In this document: positions 11,261 through 23,428 of the stretch, in pieces
How the letters are laid out: the number at the start of each line of letters is the position of its first letter
How positions within the stretch are numbered: position 1 is the first letter of the stretch
Notes under the pieces: model-generated
What the model saw: only the letters and a program-made list of their open reading frames with translations
The model's database searches: none
Told to the model about the DNA's origin: nothing
NCBI RefSeq assembly: GCF_001194135.2
Contig: NC_068982.1
Span: 47,901,436 to 47,957,426 of the forward strand
DNA from: Octopus bimaculoides
Taxonomy: Eukaryota
DNA: 55,991 nucleotides
Reading direction: 5' to 3'
Position numbers and translations under genes: made by a program

Positions 11261-11470
11261 CTCTTTAGCAATTAAGCTCGCCATATCTAGCCCAAATGGT
11301 TTACTTGTTTTATGTTCAAAGCAGCCGGTTGTGCCTTTTCACACCTACCCTACAAAGTCATTCTAAAAATAAGCAAACATTGAAATCTTAAAACTACAAG
11401 ATTAAGCATGATTATTTCAAAACAGTGTGAGTAAATAAGATTACATTTGACAGAATAATCTGACTGCTGA
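11261..11470 (-). mobile_element. piggyBac-like MITE (diverged)
   Basis: Homologous to 53350-53560 (CACACCTACCCTACAA.GTCATTCTAAAAATAA core). Confidence 0.7.
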
Positions 11471-13157
11471 AGAACTGAAAAATGTCGAGACTGTTGCTCC
11501 ATTGAATATAGTCTAATTTATCTACTTAATATATAATTTGCTGCCAGTAAATTTAGAGGCAATGCAAGTTTTTGCTCTTGAACAGTATGTGAGGCCATCT
11601 TCCCTGTCCTTTTCTTACTTTCAAGCCACTCTTTTTAATCATTGTAACTAGTTATCCTCCCAGACTTAATAGAAATGATTCCAATGTATTGTTCTTATTT
11701 GGTTTCATAAGATAGCTTTCAGCTTAAATTAGAAATTTATCAGAAACCTTTGCAGCATTATTATCCTTTAATATGGGAGAGATGATTCTTATTGATAACA
11801 GATGATTATAGTAACTTCCAAAGTGTTAAAATTGTTATAATCCATAATTTCAAGCAGCCAATATCCAGCCATAGAGGAACTTCATGTTCTTCAGAAGTTC
11901 TCAGTTAATGGAGTTGTTTATCTGTCTTTTATAATAAACTGCAAACTGATTTAGTACATATGAGCATGGGATTCCTGTGATCTCACATAGTTCTGCTATT
12001 AATTAATAACATAAAAATATAAGAAATTTGTTTTGTTGATAAAAATACTCTTGGCATTTTAAATAATTCATACTCCTATTTCATCCAAACCACTTGGCTC
12101 ACTTAATTAAAAATGATTTTTACAGCGGTCTCAAGCTCATAAATAAAAACTAATTATATTTAATGCTGAAAATGGATATTAATAAGATCATTTTTTTCCC
12201 CAGCATAATTCTTTTCCTTGTTTCAGATGATGCTTTTTTAAATTATTTTTTTTTATGGATAAAATTGATTTAATATATTAAGTAACACTTGGGTGAATTT
12301 AGCTGTCACAGACTGTAGTTGATAATCATGAGAGAATATTCTAGAATGGAAAGAAAAATAATCCTTGTATGGCTTACACATTTTCTGTCTATGAACTAGT
12401 TAGAGCAGCTGATGGTTGATATGAAACTGTTGTATAGACAATGTAGATGAGACAACTTAAAAAAACATAATAGCACAATATTTTGCTCTAAATAGATGAT
12501 AGAATCTAGTCACCAACTCTTTGTCTGCCAAATTTTTATTAATTTTAAAGATTTTCTTACCTCATTTCCTCAAGTTTTACTGATGAAACCTGCCTGTCTA
12601 AATCTAATAGAGATCAGCAGATTTTCTCTAAATTGACAGGTCTCTCTGACAATGACTGACTTAATCAACACCCTCTGTTTTCCCTCTGACAGTGGTATTA
12701 GTCTTGTTGATGATGTGTATCCACATGAAAATAGTGCACATTCATCTGCAAACCTTGTTGATGAGGATTCAGATGGAGACAAACCAGAATCCAATTCTAA
12801 ATCCAAATACCATCTTTTCTTCAATAGATATATTTATCCATTTCACCATTCATTAGGCTAAAATACAATAAAAAAAAAGTGACAGAATTTTATATTTGTT
12901 AATCATACCATCTTCCAAAAAACTTTCTATTGTCGAAGAATTGCAGTAAATGGAGAATTGAGTTCCATTAGTTAAAATATTGCTCAGAAAGTGATGGAAA
13001 ATATTGTGTACATGGTGCTGTATTCCATGATTATTTATTGGCTGCTACACCTGTATATTTGCTCATGTTTCATTTTGTCAATGGAAAATTGTCTTAGATG
13101 AGAAACACGGTATCACTAACATCCATGAAAAGGCATCAAGCATGAAATAAATGGAAC

Positions 13158-14660
13158 TCATCATCATCATCATCATCGTTTAACGTCCGCTTTCCATGCT
13201 AGCATGGGTTGGACGATTTGACTGAGGACTGGTGCAACCGGATGGCTACACCAAGCTCCAATCTAATTTGGCAGAGTTTCTACAGCTGGATGCCCTTCCT
13301 AACGCCAACCACTCAGAGAGTGTAGTGGGTGCTTTTACGTGTCACCCGCACGAAAACGGCCACGCTCGAAATGGTGTCTTTTATGTGCCACCTGCACAAG
13401 AGCCAGTCCAGGGGCACTGGCAACGATCTCGCTCGAAAACCCTACAAGGCCAGTCAGGCGGTACTGGCAACGGTCACGCTCAAAATAGTGCATCTTNNNN
13501 NNNNNNNNNNNNNNNNNNNNNNNNNNNNNNNNNNNNNNNNNNNNNNNNNNNNNNNNNNNNNNNNNNNNNNNNNNNNNNNNNNNNNNNNNNNNNNNNNNNN
13601 NNNNNNNNNNNNNNNNNNNNNNNNNNNNNNNNNNNNNNNNNNNNNNNNNNNNNNNNNNNNNNNNNNNNNNNNNNNNNNNNNNNNNNNNNNNNNNNNNNNN
13701 NNNNNNNNNNNNNNNNNNNNNNNNNNNNNNNNNNNNNNNNNNNNNNNNNNNNNNNNNNNNNNNNNNNNNNNNNNNNNNNNNNNNNNNNNNNNNNNNNNNN
13801 NNNNNNNNNNNNNNNNNNNNNNNNNNNNNNNNNNNNNNNNNNNNNNNNNNNNNNNNNNNNNNNNNNNNNNNNNNNNNNNNNNNNNNNNNNNNNNNNNNNN
13901 NNNNNNNNNNNNNNNNNNNNNNNNNNNNNNNNNNNNNNNNNNNNNNNNNNNNNNNNNNNNNNNNNNNNNNNNNNNNNNNNNNNNNNNNNNNNNNNNNNNN
14001 NNNNNNNNNNNNNNNNNNNNNNNNNNNNNNNNNNNNNNNNNNNNNNNNNNNNNNNNNNNNNNNNNNNNNNNNNNNNNNNNNNNNNNNNNNNNNNNNNNNN
14101 NNNNNNNNNNNNNNNNNNNNNNNNNNNNNNNNNNNNNNNNNNNNNNNNNNNNNNNNNNNNNNNNNNNNNNNNNNNNNNNNNNNNNNNNNNNNNNNNNNNN
14201 NNNNNNNNNNNNNNNNNNNNNNNNNNNNNNNNNNNNNNNNNNNNNNNNNNNNNNNNNNNNNNNNNNNNNNNNNNNNNNNNNNNNNNNNNNNNNNNNNNNN
14301 NNNNNNNNNNNNNNNNNNNNNNNNNNNNNNNNNCTTATTCTAGCAGTTACACTTTCAGCGCACCCACCCCCACTACTAACTTGGTCACCCAGATAGCGGA
14401 AGCTATCAACTACCTCTAGTTTTTCTCCCTGGAATGAGATAGAAGTTGTTTCCTGTTTGTTTACAGTGTTTATTGCACCTGAACATCTGCCACATACAAA
14501 AACTAACTTTGTAGTTAATCTGCCTTTGATATTGCTGCACCTCTTATGTGTCCATAGCTTGCACTGGGTACATCTTATAGAGTTACTACCTACTCCTTTA
14601 CTGCATACTGAGCAGGGCCATCTACCTGAAGGGGTTTGTGTTTTATCTACCTTAAATTCT
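13158..14660 (-). mobile_element. 5'-truncated RTE-clade LINE with a complete PHD finger
   Basis: 14660-14334 is open: GRWPCSVCSKGVGSNSIRCTQCKLWTHKRCSNIKGRLTTKLVFVCGRC...LEVVDSFRYLGDQ. 13158-13496 is the family 3' UTR and GAT tail. Continuity across the 13497-14333 gap is inferred. Confidence 0.85.
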
Positions 14661-15244
14661 TCATGAAACTCATGAAAATTGGAGACTCCATATCATTAAC
14701 TTATTAAAAAAAATAAAATAAAATAAACAAAACAACCCCTCCGCCAAAAAAACACAGAAACAATGCTTTCAATATTTGACAGAATTATTTAACTTACCAA
14801 AGTGAATGTACAGTTGTGCAGATTATGAGACAGAAACACAGGGGTTTAAGTGATTTTCAGTATTCCATTGGGTGGAAAACCAAGTTTGATCCCATTTTAA
14901 GAAAGTGTTTGGAGAACTCTAAAAAAAAAATATTCCACATATCAATCACCACATTGCAAAATATAGTTATCTATTATTGTGCATAAGAAATTAAGTCATT
15001 ATATTAGCAGTTGGCCTGAAAAAAAAAAAAATACCATATGACAATTGTCTATGTATATCTGATACATTGGCAATGAAAAAAAATGTTAGACATTTTCTGG
15101 GGTTTGTGGAAGTTGTCCAAACTAATGCAAAATTAATAGCAAATGCAATTGCATAAAATCCAGACAAGTTATGCAGACAAGGATGCAATGGCTGCTTTAC
15201 AGTAACTGTGGGATATAGAAGAAAATTCATGTTTTTTAATACTC

Positions 15245-15410
15245 AAAAGCAAGGCTATGTAGTTATGAAGCTTGCTTCTCAGCTACATGGTTTCACGCTC
15301 AGTCCTACTGCATGGCACCTTGGGCAAGTGTCTTCTGCTATAGCCTCAGGCCGACCGAAGCTTTGTAATTGAATTTGGTAGGCGGAAGTTACTGATGTGT
15401 GTGTACATGT
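15245..15410 (+). mobile_element. SINE family B, 5' half
   Basis: GGCACCTTGGGCAAGTGTCTTCTGCTATAGCC core. Confidence 0.8.
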
Positions 15411-15526
15411 GTGTATAAATGCTTGTGCTTCCTAACTATTGCTCTTATTCACTGAAGTTAGTGATAAGGTACATCCTGCCAAGGACACTATGACTGTGTT
15501 GGTAAGATTATCATGGTTTCTTTTAT

Positions 15527-15806
15527 CGTTGCCAGTGCCACTGGACTGGCTCCTGTGCAGGTGGCATGTAAAATACACCATTTCGAGCATGGCCGTCGCC
15601 AGTACCGCCTGACTGACCTTCGTGCCGGTGGCACGTAAAAGCACCCACTACACTCTCGGAATGGTTGGCGTTAGGAAGGGCATCTAGCTGTAGAAACTCT
15701 GCCAAATCAGATTGGAGCCTGGTGTCACCTCCTGGTCCACCAGTCGTCAGTCAAATCGTCCAACCCATGCTAGCATGGAAAGCAGACGTTAAACGACGAC
15801 AACAAC
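15527..15806 (+). mobile_element. RTE 3'-tail copy with two hairpin units
   Basis: GTAAAATACACC (15568) and GTAAAAGCACCC (15635) are 67 bp apart, followed by the family terminus. Confidence 0.9.
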
Positions 15807-17029
15807 CCCCTTCCCTGAATTTACTGGCTTTGTGTCAAAATTTGAAATCAATATTTCTCTACATAACGGTATTGCTTTTTGCTTATGTTAAAACTTGAGA
15901 TGTCATTTGATTGAGTTTGCAGGAAACTATATGCTGAACTTGTAGAATAGTTAGTGTAGAACCTTATTTATGGCACGAGTACAATGAAACTGATAAAGTG
16001 TAGAAAATATTTCAGCAATAATATTCTTCAGAATTAATTGCTTAGGATATTTGATTTCTGACTTTGGCTGCTGCTTCATCGACTACTTATGAGTACCATA
16101 TTAATTCTTTTGCAATTATTTTTGTCCAGTTATAAATATCATGAAACAGAATAGTCATGTCTTTGGTCTGCTTAAGCTGATATTAATTCTTGTACTTGAG
16201 AATGCACAGTTTCTTAACCATACTGAATATTCTGTAAAACTACCTGTAATGGTAAAACCTAAATGACAACCAGTATGAGTAACATGTCTTTTCATAATAT
16301 TCTTTACGTTTAGCACTATCCATAAGAAACTTCGATAAACTTATCAGAATAGCAATGGCATACTTGTAGGAAAGTATATTTTTGTAGCTTTTAACGATCA
16401 CTTATTGTAGTTGATAGGAGTGAGAATGCACAAAATATTTTGTACCTAGATATGCAGTTTGGATTATTTTTCTAAATTCTATTTTTATGTTCACTTTCAC
16501 ACTCATGGAAGAGAAAACATCATATCTCTGTTTGCACAATTTGTCATCCCTGAATCTTTAAGATTTTTGTCAACTGCATTTAATATTGATTCCACACCAT
16601 AACTTTATGTAAAGCTCACACTACAAGTTGGCAAAGTCCAAACAAAATCAGACTGATTTTCAGTCAGACTAACATAAAAATTTCATCAAGGAATGAATAT
16701 ATGAAGCAGAAACACTACATGATTGACTATTTGGCTAAAAAGTAATTTCATCTCATATCACTAATATATCTTTGTATCATGAGTGATTGTCCAAGAGGAA
16801 TGTCTGACCCAGAAAGCTCCTTGGTTTCAGAAAGTGCAGATGTGGTTGAAATAAATAATTTCTAACTTCATATATTAAGTCAAAATGGAATGCTTTATTG
16901 TTATTCTTGCTATTTTGTAGAAAACTACTCATAATATGCTCAACTGGTACTTCATTTTATCAACCCCAAAAGGATGAAAGGCAATGTTGGCCTCAGCAGA
17001 ATTTGAACTCCTGTAGAGAAGATATTAAA

Positions 17030-17390
17030 CAGAGACTCTTTTAATCAGGAAGTTGATGTTTGGGTGAACTCTTTTCATCAGTAAGTTAATGTTTGATAAT
17101 ATTTCGTTGAAAGTTGTCACTTTATCTACAAGTCTATATACATCCAAAATGTGGGGTTTTTTTTCACTAACTGTTTATATGATCCTGTTACTCTTTTTTC
17201 TGCTAATTAGCTCAATAAAAAAAATGAAGATTCATTGTCTGTGCATTGAAGACTGAACACATGATGTTGAGCAACCATGAAGGAAGAAAGATTAAATGGT
17301 TTAGTGCTAGTAAATATTCATCAAAATGACCAGAGATGAAAGCCAATAACGAAGAGAATATTCTGCACAGATTTGATTCTCAATGTAAAG
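17030..17390 (+). mobile_element. hAT transposase C-terminal (dimerisation-domain) remnant, THAP12/ZMYM-like type
   Basis: RLNT*C*ATMKEERLNGLVLVNIH matches the hATC motif RLKT.LRSTM.EERLNGLAL.NIH. Confidence 0.65.
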
Positions 17391-18045
17391 CTTACTAAGA
17401 TATTTGCAAAGCAGGGATATTCTTATTATGTAGTGTTTATATTTTAAATTATTTCTAATTGCATTTTAGCAAGTTTTTTAAACATTTGAAAACAGTATCC
17501 TTTGAAGTTTTGCCTTGGCTAACTTCTGAAGCTGGCTTATGAACCTGTTTTAAGTTTCAGTTATTTCTCAAAATAATTAATGAACCTGGAGGAAGTTTGT
17601 TTTAATAAATAATTGTTTGGTTATCAAGCCGGAAAATTACTTACCAAGAGGTTCTTAAATTAAATTAAGTCAGAACATTTTAATTGAAATATGAACATTC
17701 TATAATAGGATTTTTTAGTATGACAGAACAAATGACAACTTCAGGCAAGTTTATATCAAATGGATTATGTAACTATATATTTATTGGCAATGTTGTCAAA
17801 TGTTAACACATTGAACATCTGTGACGTCTGCTACAAAATGGAAGACACTTTTACAAACAAAATGTCATTTTACATAAGTAGCAGCTATGATTAATCAAAC
17901 TGAGTTAATTACCAGTTTATGGAATATATTATGAGCATAAAATACAATACCATATAATTTTTGTAGCTATGTGTGGGAGGGAAAGGGGAAGAGGGAGAGA
18001 AAGAATTATAGTAGAAGAGAAGAGGAGAATTGAGGAAAAAGAGAG

Positions 18046-18605
18046 GATGAGTGCACTCTTATTAGAGTGGTCCAACATCTCAGTCTCCATGGTTGTGAGC
18101 TGCACAAATGTCATTATGGAGTGGTAGTCAATGAATTCAGCCTGCATCTATTATCCTGCAGCCAATGCACAGGTTGATTCCCTTGACACACCACTCTGGA
18201 TGACATAATTAGAAGGGGCCTTGATGAAGCTGGCTTCCCATTTCAACTGGAGCCAATAGGTCTTGACTGTGGGGTTGGTAAGCACCCTAATGGAATAACC
18301 TTCTTCCCGTTTGAGGGAAGCAGATCCCTAGTCTGGGATGTGCATCAGCTTCAAACTTGTGTGTTGCCACCTGTAATGCAAAAGAGAAACAAATAAATGC
18401 AGAGGCCTGACTGGCAGCTATCAGTTTGTGCTAGTGGACAGCAAGACCTCAGGTGTTCTTGGACCCTGCACTACTGATTTCCTTCATGAAATCGGGATAA
18501 TAACAGCCCACCTGAGAAATGAGCCTCATGAGGTGGAGTGACTGCTGCTGTGAATGTTGTTGGCCATTCTCCATGTCAATACCATTGCAATCATGACCGT
18601 GGGGC
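18046..18605 (+). mobile_element. CRE-clade (RLE) non-LTR retrotransposon remnant
   Basis: Continuous frame CELHKCHYG..LHLLSC..G*FP*HTTLDDIIRRGLDEAGFPFQLEPIGLDCGVGKHPNGITFFPFEGSRSLVWDV, later SGVLGP..FLHEIG. Matches the CRE pattern EP.GL.R.DGKRPDG.T..P...G..L.WD. Confidence 0.8.
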
Positions 18606-18769
18606 ATGGCTGAGCACACCATTGCCCGCCATCTTCTTCTGCTTAACATCCCCTTTTGTTCTTTCTTTTTCTACATATTGAACAGAGCCATTTGCCAGGT
18701 GGAATGAGAATCTTATCTCCTTTCTTGCTAACAGAAAATTTAGTCTTAGCTAAATAACAATGACATTTC

Positions 18770-19395
18770 ATTTTAAAAGATATATTCACCAAAATTACAT
18801 AAAACTACCTAGAAATGCTAAAGAGTAAATTTATTCAATAACATCATCATTCGCTTCAACCACAGCCTCCAGACAATTTCAGAATCTCCTGCAGCTCTTC
18901 TGGACGGTCTCTTTGTTTAAGTTGGTGAATGCTGCCATAATCCTTCCCTTCAGTTCATCTTTAGTGTTACAAGGAATTTTGTCGGTCTCTTGCTCAACTG
19001 CACCCTACACATAATGATCAAAGGGGTTGGAGTCAGGGGAGGTAGGTGGCCAGATGTTAGGGGTGATGTGGTCACAGAAATTGTCTGACAGCCATGACTG
19101 GGTTCTCCTGCTTGTGTGCCTTGGTGCAGAGTCCTGTTGCCAGACATAAGGTCTTCCAGCAGCCACCCTCTTGACCTAAAGCAGCACTACCTCCTCCATG
19201 CACTTGATGTACTCCTCCGTGTTGAGTCTGAGGCTGTGTGGGAAGATGAATGGAGGCATAACGTTGGCATCACTGGTTATCACTCCAAACACCATGATGT
19301 TGACTGGATGTTTTATTTTTATCACTCTTAATATATGTTTCATGGCAAGCCAACGGTTGTTCTGTGTGTTCACCATCTGATCCTGACAAAGGGTC
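18770..19395 (-). mobile_element. DD37D (maT) Tc1/mariner transposase remnant, 3' half
   Basis: IMVFGVITSD..WQQDSAPRH..WPPTSPDSNPFD, with 37 residues between the second and third catalytic D. Internal stops. Terminal stop at 18831-18833. Confidence 0.85.
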
Positions 19396-19604
19396 GTTCC
19401 TTGTGTTCCTTGTCTTGTTTTCCATTTGTTTCTTTTGTTGCTTGCAAAAAACACCCTTATTCCATGTCCTCGTACTTCGTACTTTTTGTTGTTTATGTTT
19501 TGTGACGTCCTGTGCACACATATGCATATACATGTAAGTATGTACATATACGTATGTATATATGCATATATATATATTACTTATTACTGTTATTTACCTT
19601 TATG

Positions 19605-19646
<42 letters not shown>

Positions 19647-20008
19647 CCTTGTGGCCTACAACTTAGTATACAATTCTCTAAATTGTATCTATCCAACGAT
19701 CTGTACTGATGAGAAACAGATATTTTGGGTAAGAAAATGTTAATTTCGAAACATGTAATTTTCACTGGTCTTGCCCGCTTTATGTTTTTGTTGCTTCGCT
19801 GAATTCCCTTTGAGAATTATTTGGTCTTAGTAGACACATGACATGTGATCTTCTTCTAGCACATTAGCAGTCCAGCTAGTGGCCTCCTTTATATATACTC
19901 TTATATATTTTTATATAAATATATATATATGCATATACATATACATATATACATATATACATATACACATATACATATATACATATACATATATATACAT
20001 ATATATAT

Positions 20009-20272
20009 CAGTGCCCCTGGACTGGCTTGTGCGGGTGGCACATAAAAGACACCATTTTGAGCGTGGCCGTTTTCGTGCGGGTGACACGTAAAAGCACCCA
20101 CTACACTCTCTGAGTGGTTGGCGTTAGGAAGGGCATCCAGCTGTAGAAACTCTGCCAAATTAGATTGGAGCCTGGTGTTGCCATCCGGTTTCACCAGTCC
20201 TCAGTCAAATAGTCCAACCTATGCTAGCATGGAAAGCGGACATTAAACGATGATGATGATGATGATGATGAT
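20009..20272 (+). mobile_element. Young RTE 3'-tail copy
   Basis: Nearly identical to 1403-1633. Confidence 0.9.
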
Positions 20273-21255
20273 ATNNNNNNNNNNNNNNNNNNNNNNNNNN
20301 NNNNNNNNNNNNNNNNNNNNNNNNNNNNNNNNNNNNNNNNNNNNNNNNNNNNNNNNNNNNNNNNNNNNNNNNNNNNNNNNNNNNNNNNNNNNNNNNNNNN
20401 NNNNNNNNNNNNNNNNNNNNNNNNNNNNNNNNNNNNNNNNNNNNNNNNNNNNNNNNNNNNNNNNNNNNNNNNNNNNNNNNNNNNNNNNNNNNNNNNNNNN
20501 NNNNNNNNNNNNNNNNNNNNNNNNNNNNNNNNNNNNNNNNNNNNNNNNNNNNNNNNNNNNNNNNNNNNNNNNNNNNNNNNNNNNNNNNNNNNNNNNNNNN
20601 NNNNNNNNNNNNNNNNNNNNNNNNNNNNNNNNNNNNNNNNNNNNNNNNNNNNNNNNNNNNNNNNNNNNNNNNNNNNNNNNNNNNNNNNNNNNNNNNNNNN
20701 NNNNNNNNNNNNNNNNNNNNNNNNNNNNNNNNNNNNNNNNNNNNNNNNNNNNNNNNNNNNNNNNNNNNNNNNNNNNNNNNNNNNNNNNNNNNNNNNNNNN
20801 NNNNNNNNNNNNNNNNNNNNNNNNNNNNNNNNNNNNNNNNNNNNNNNNNNNNNNNNNNNNNNNNNNNNNNNNNNNNNNNNNNNNNNNNNNNNNNNNNNNN
20901 NNNNNNNNNNNNNNNNNNNNNNNNNNNNNNNNNNNNNNNNNNNNNNNNNNNNNNNNNNNNNNNNNNNNNNNNNNNNNNNNNNNNNNNNNNNNNNNNNNNN
21001 NNNNNNNNNNNNNNNNNNNNNNNNNNNNNNNNNNNNNNNNNNNNNNNNNNNNNNNNNNNNNNNNNNNNNNNNNNNNNNNNNNNNNNNNNNNNNNNNNNNN
21101 NNNNCCACTACCACAACTACCACCTCCATTGTAATCACTACAACCGCCATTATAACCCCCCACCACCACCACTATTATAACTACCAGCACCCACTTATGA
21201 GCATTCATATAAAAATTCAATTTAAAATTTCAAGTGAAAACAATAAGAAAGAGAT

Positions 21256-21286
<31 letters not shown>

Positions 21287-21288
21287 TA

Positions 21289-21334
<46 letters not shown>

Positions 21335-22058
21335 CATTATTGCTATTTTATTTTTGCGTCTACTTATCTTTCTCAAAATGCTTAAATCTCAACATGTTCA
21401 CAAGAAAATACCATTTATTTGGAACTGTTATCAAAATATTCTTGGGGAAAAGTTCTTGACAATTTAATCAGATTTGGCACATAATCAATTATTGCAGAAG
21501 ATCTGACAAATCTAATAAAATATTGTATTTGCTGAACAGACAAATGATTATCTTGACAAAAGTTCACATATCCATACTTTTGTCAATCTAAAATGTACTT
21601 TGTTGAAGCATAAAAAAAAAAATAAATAAACTAAAAATAAAAAAAAAAGACAAAATACCCACAAAAAATGCTGTAGTTGTTTAGTAGAAATAGATCTAAA
21701 ATGTTTTAGTTTACTGCTTTTTGGATTTCGAAGGATAATCGTTTCTTGGTTTCCTTTTGTTTTGGAGACAAAAGAAATAGGTTACTAGCTTACAAGATTT
21801 ACTGGGAATTGCCCGCTGATTAGCACCAACGCCAACATCATTGCCATCATCATCATCATCATCATCATCATCGTTGTTGTTGTCGTTGTCGTTATCGTCA
21901 TCTTTGTTGTTATCATCATCATCATCATCACTGATGTTGTTGTAGTCGTAATCATCATCAGCACCATCGTCATAATCATCATCATCATTACTGTTATCAT
22001 CCTTGTCATCACTGTTGTCATCAACACTGTCGTTGCCTTCATCATTATCATCATTTAC

Positions 22059-22246
22059 GTCATCATCATCGTTTAACGTCCGCTTTCCATACTAGCATGG
22101 GTTGGACGATTTGACTGAGGACTGGCAAGCCAGAAGGCTCCACCAGGCTCCAATCTGATCTGGCAGAGTTTCTACAGCTGGATGCCCTTCCTAACACCAA
22201 CCACTCCGAGAGTGTAGTGGGTGCTTTTACGTGCCATCACTACCAC
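22059..22246 (-). mobile_element. RTE 3'-tail copy inside (CAT)n tracts
   Basis: CATCGTTTAACGTCCGCTTTCCAT...GGGTGCTTTTACGTGCC. Confidence 0.9.
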
Positions 22247-22266
22247 TGCCATCACTACCACTGTCG

Positions 22267-22322
<56 letters not shown>

Positions 22323-22554
22323 GTCATCATTATCATTGCCCCTGCTGTTGCTGCTATGACTGCTACCACCATGACCACCTTCATTTTCCTTGCTTACTGT
22401 TACTTACCTTTTGTCTAAGAAATGTAAAACATGAGGTTTTTATAATCAAATATGGATTCATTTAATTTCACTTCAAATAAATCCATTTCTATTTATCTTT
22501 GTGATAACACTTTTAAATATAAGGTCAATAAGATACTATTTTAAAAATATTTAA

Positions 22555-22710
22555 CTTGGCACAAGTGTGGCTGTGTGGTAAGAAGTTTGCATCTCAACCA
22601 CATGGTACCAGGTTCAGTCCCATTGTGTGGCACCTTGGGTACATGTCTTTCTACTATAGCCTTGGACTGACCAAAGCCTTGTAAATAAATTTGGTAGATA
22701 GAAACTGAAA
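22555..22710 (+). mobile_element. SINE family B, 5' half, abutting a HERO-like 3' end
   Basis: TGGCTGTGTGG A-box-like, GGTTCAGTCCC B-box, GGCACCTTGGG core. Confidence 0.85.
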
Positions 22711-23062
22711 CACCATCAGTGGTATCTCTGGGATCCCTGTGGGTTTGGGGTCTTTCAATATCAGACCCCACTTGCACAGCTGACCTAACTAGAGGGAGAA
22801 AGTCCTGGCTTGCATCCCAAAGGTAGCAAACTACTGGTCTTCCTTTTTTATTCAAAGCCATTTTGTGGTCTTCTTTGCAGTTTCAGTAATGGAATTTATA
22901 GCCTTTTTCTTTGCTGTACCAGTAACTCCAAATCCAGTCAGTGGTTTGCAAAATGAATGCCCAATGAAACCTCAACAGTCCACTGCTATTATCTTTCAAC
23001 ATGCTTGCTGCCCCTGGTTTCTGCACTGCTCTACCAGTACCTGGCATTTAACAACTTTAACA
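22711..23062 (-). mobile_element. HERO/NeSL-type (RLE) non-LTR retrotransposon 3' end
   Basis: KCQVLVEQCRNQGQQAC*KIIAVDC*GFIGHSFCKPLTGFGVTGTAKKKAINSITETAKKTTKWL*IKK matches the HERO pattern KY..L...CR..GW....VEVGCRGF..SL..LG..G....AI....E.AE....WLW.K. The 3' UTR GTCTGATATTGAAAGACCCCAAAC also resembles HERO ends (from memory). Confidence 0.75.
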
Positions 23063-23393
23063 GCAGAAAGAAGTGCAGGTTCTACTTGTTTGCACACACA
23101 TACATATTATGTATACATCCATGTTTGCATACACATACATATTATGTATACATGACGGCCTGTCTATTATTATGTTTATATGATGCACACACAGACACAC
23201 ATGTTAACCTATCAATAAAATCTTCTCTTAAACATTCTACCCCAGTTGTGTCTCTCTTTTCCTTCTGGCACTTATACTCATTTATCCTTTTCATATTTAT
23301 TGTATCAACTGTGTGATGTACAAAAGGAGCTATGCTTATCACCTCTCCTTCACACGGTCGTTTACAAAATATGTATGTATGTATGTCTGTATG

Positions 23394-23428
<35 letters not shown>

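Noticed and set aside
12652-12861. Acidic ORF (LVDEDSDGD) reminiscent of piggyBac transposase N-termini
   Set aside because: The similarity is compositional only, with no downstream transposase motifs or TIR.
22541-22861. 106-aa ORF MALNKKGRPVV
   Set aside because: It is a chimeric reading across the HERO-like 3' end and SINE B.
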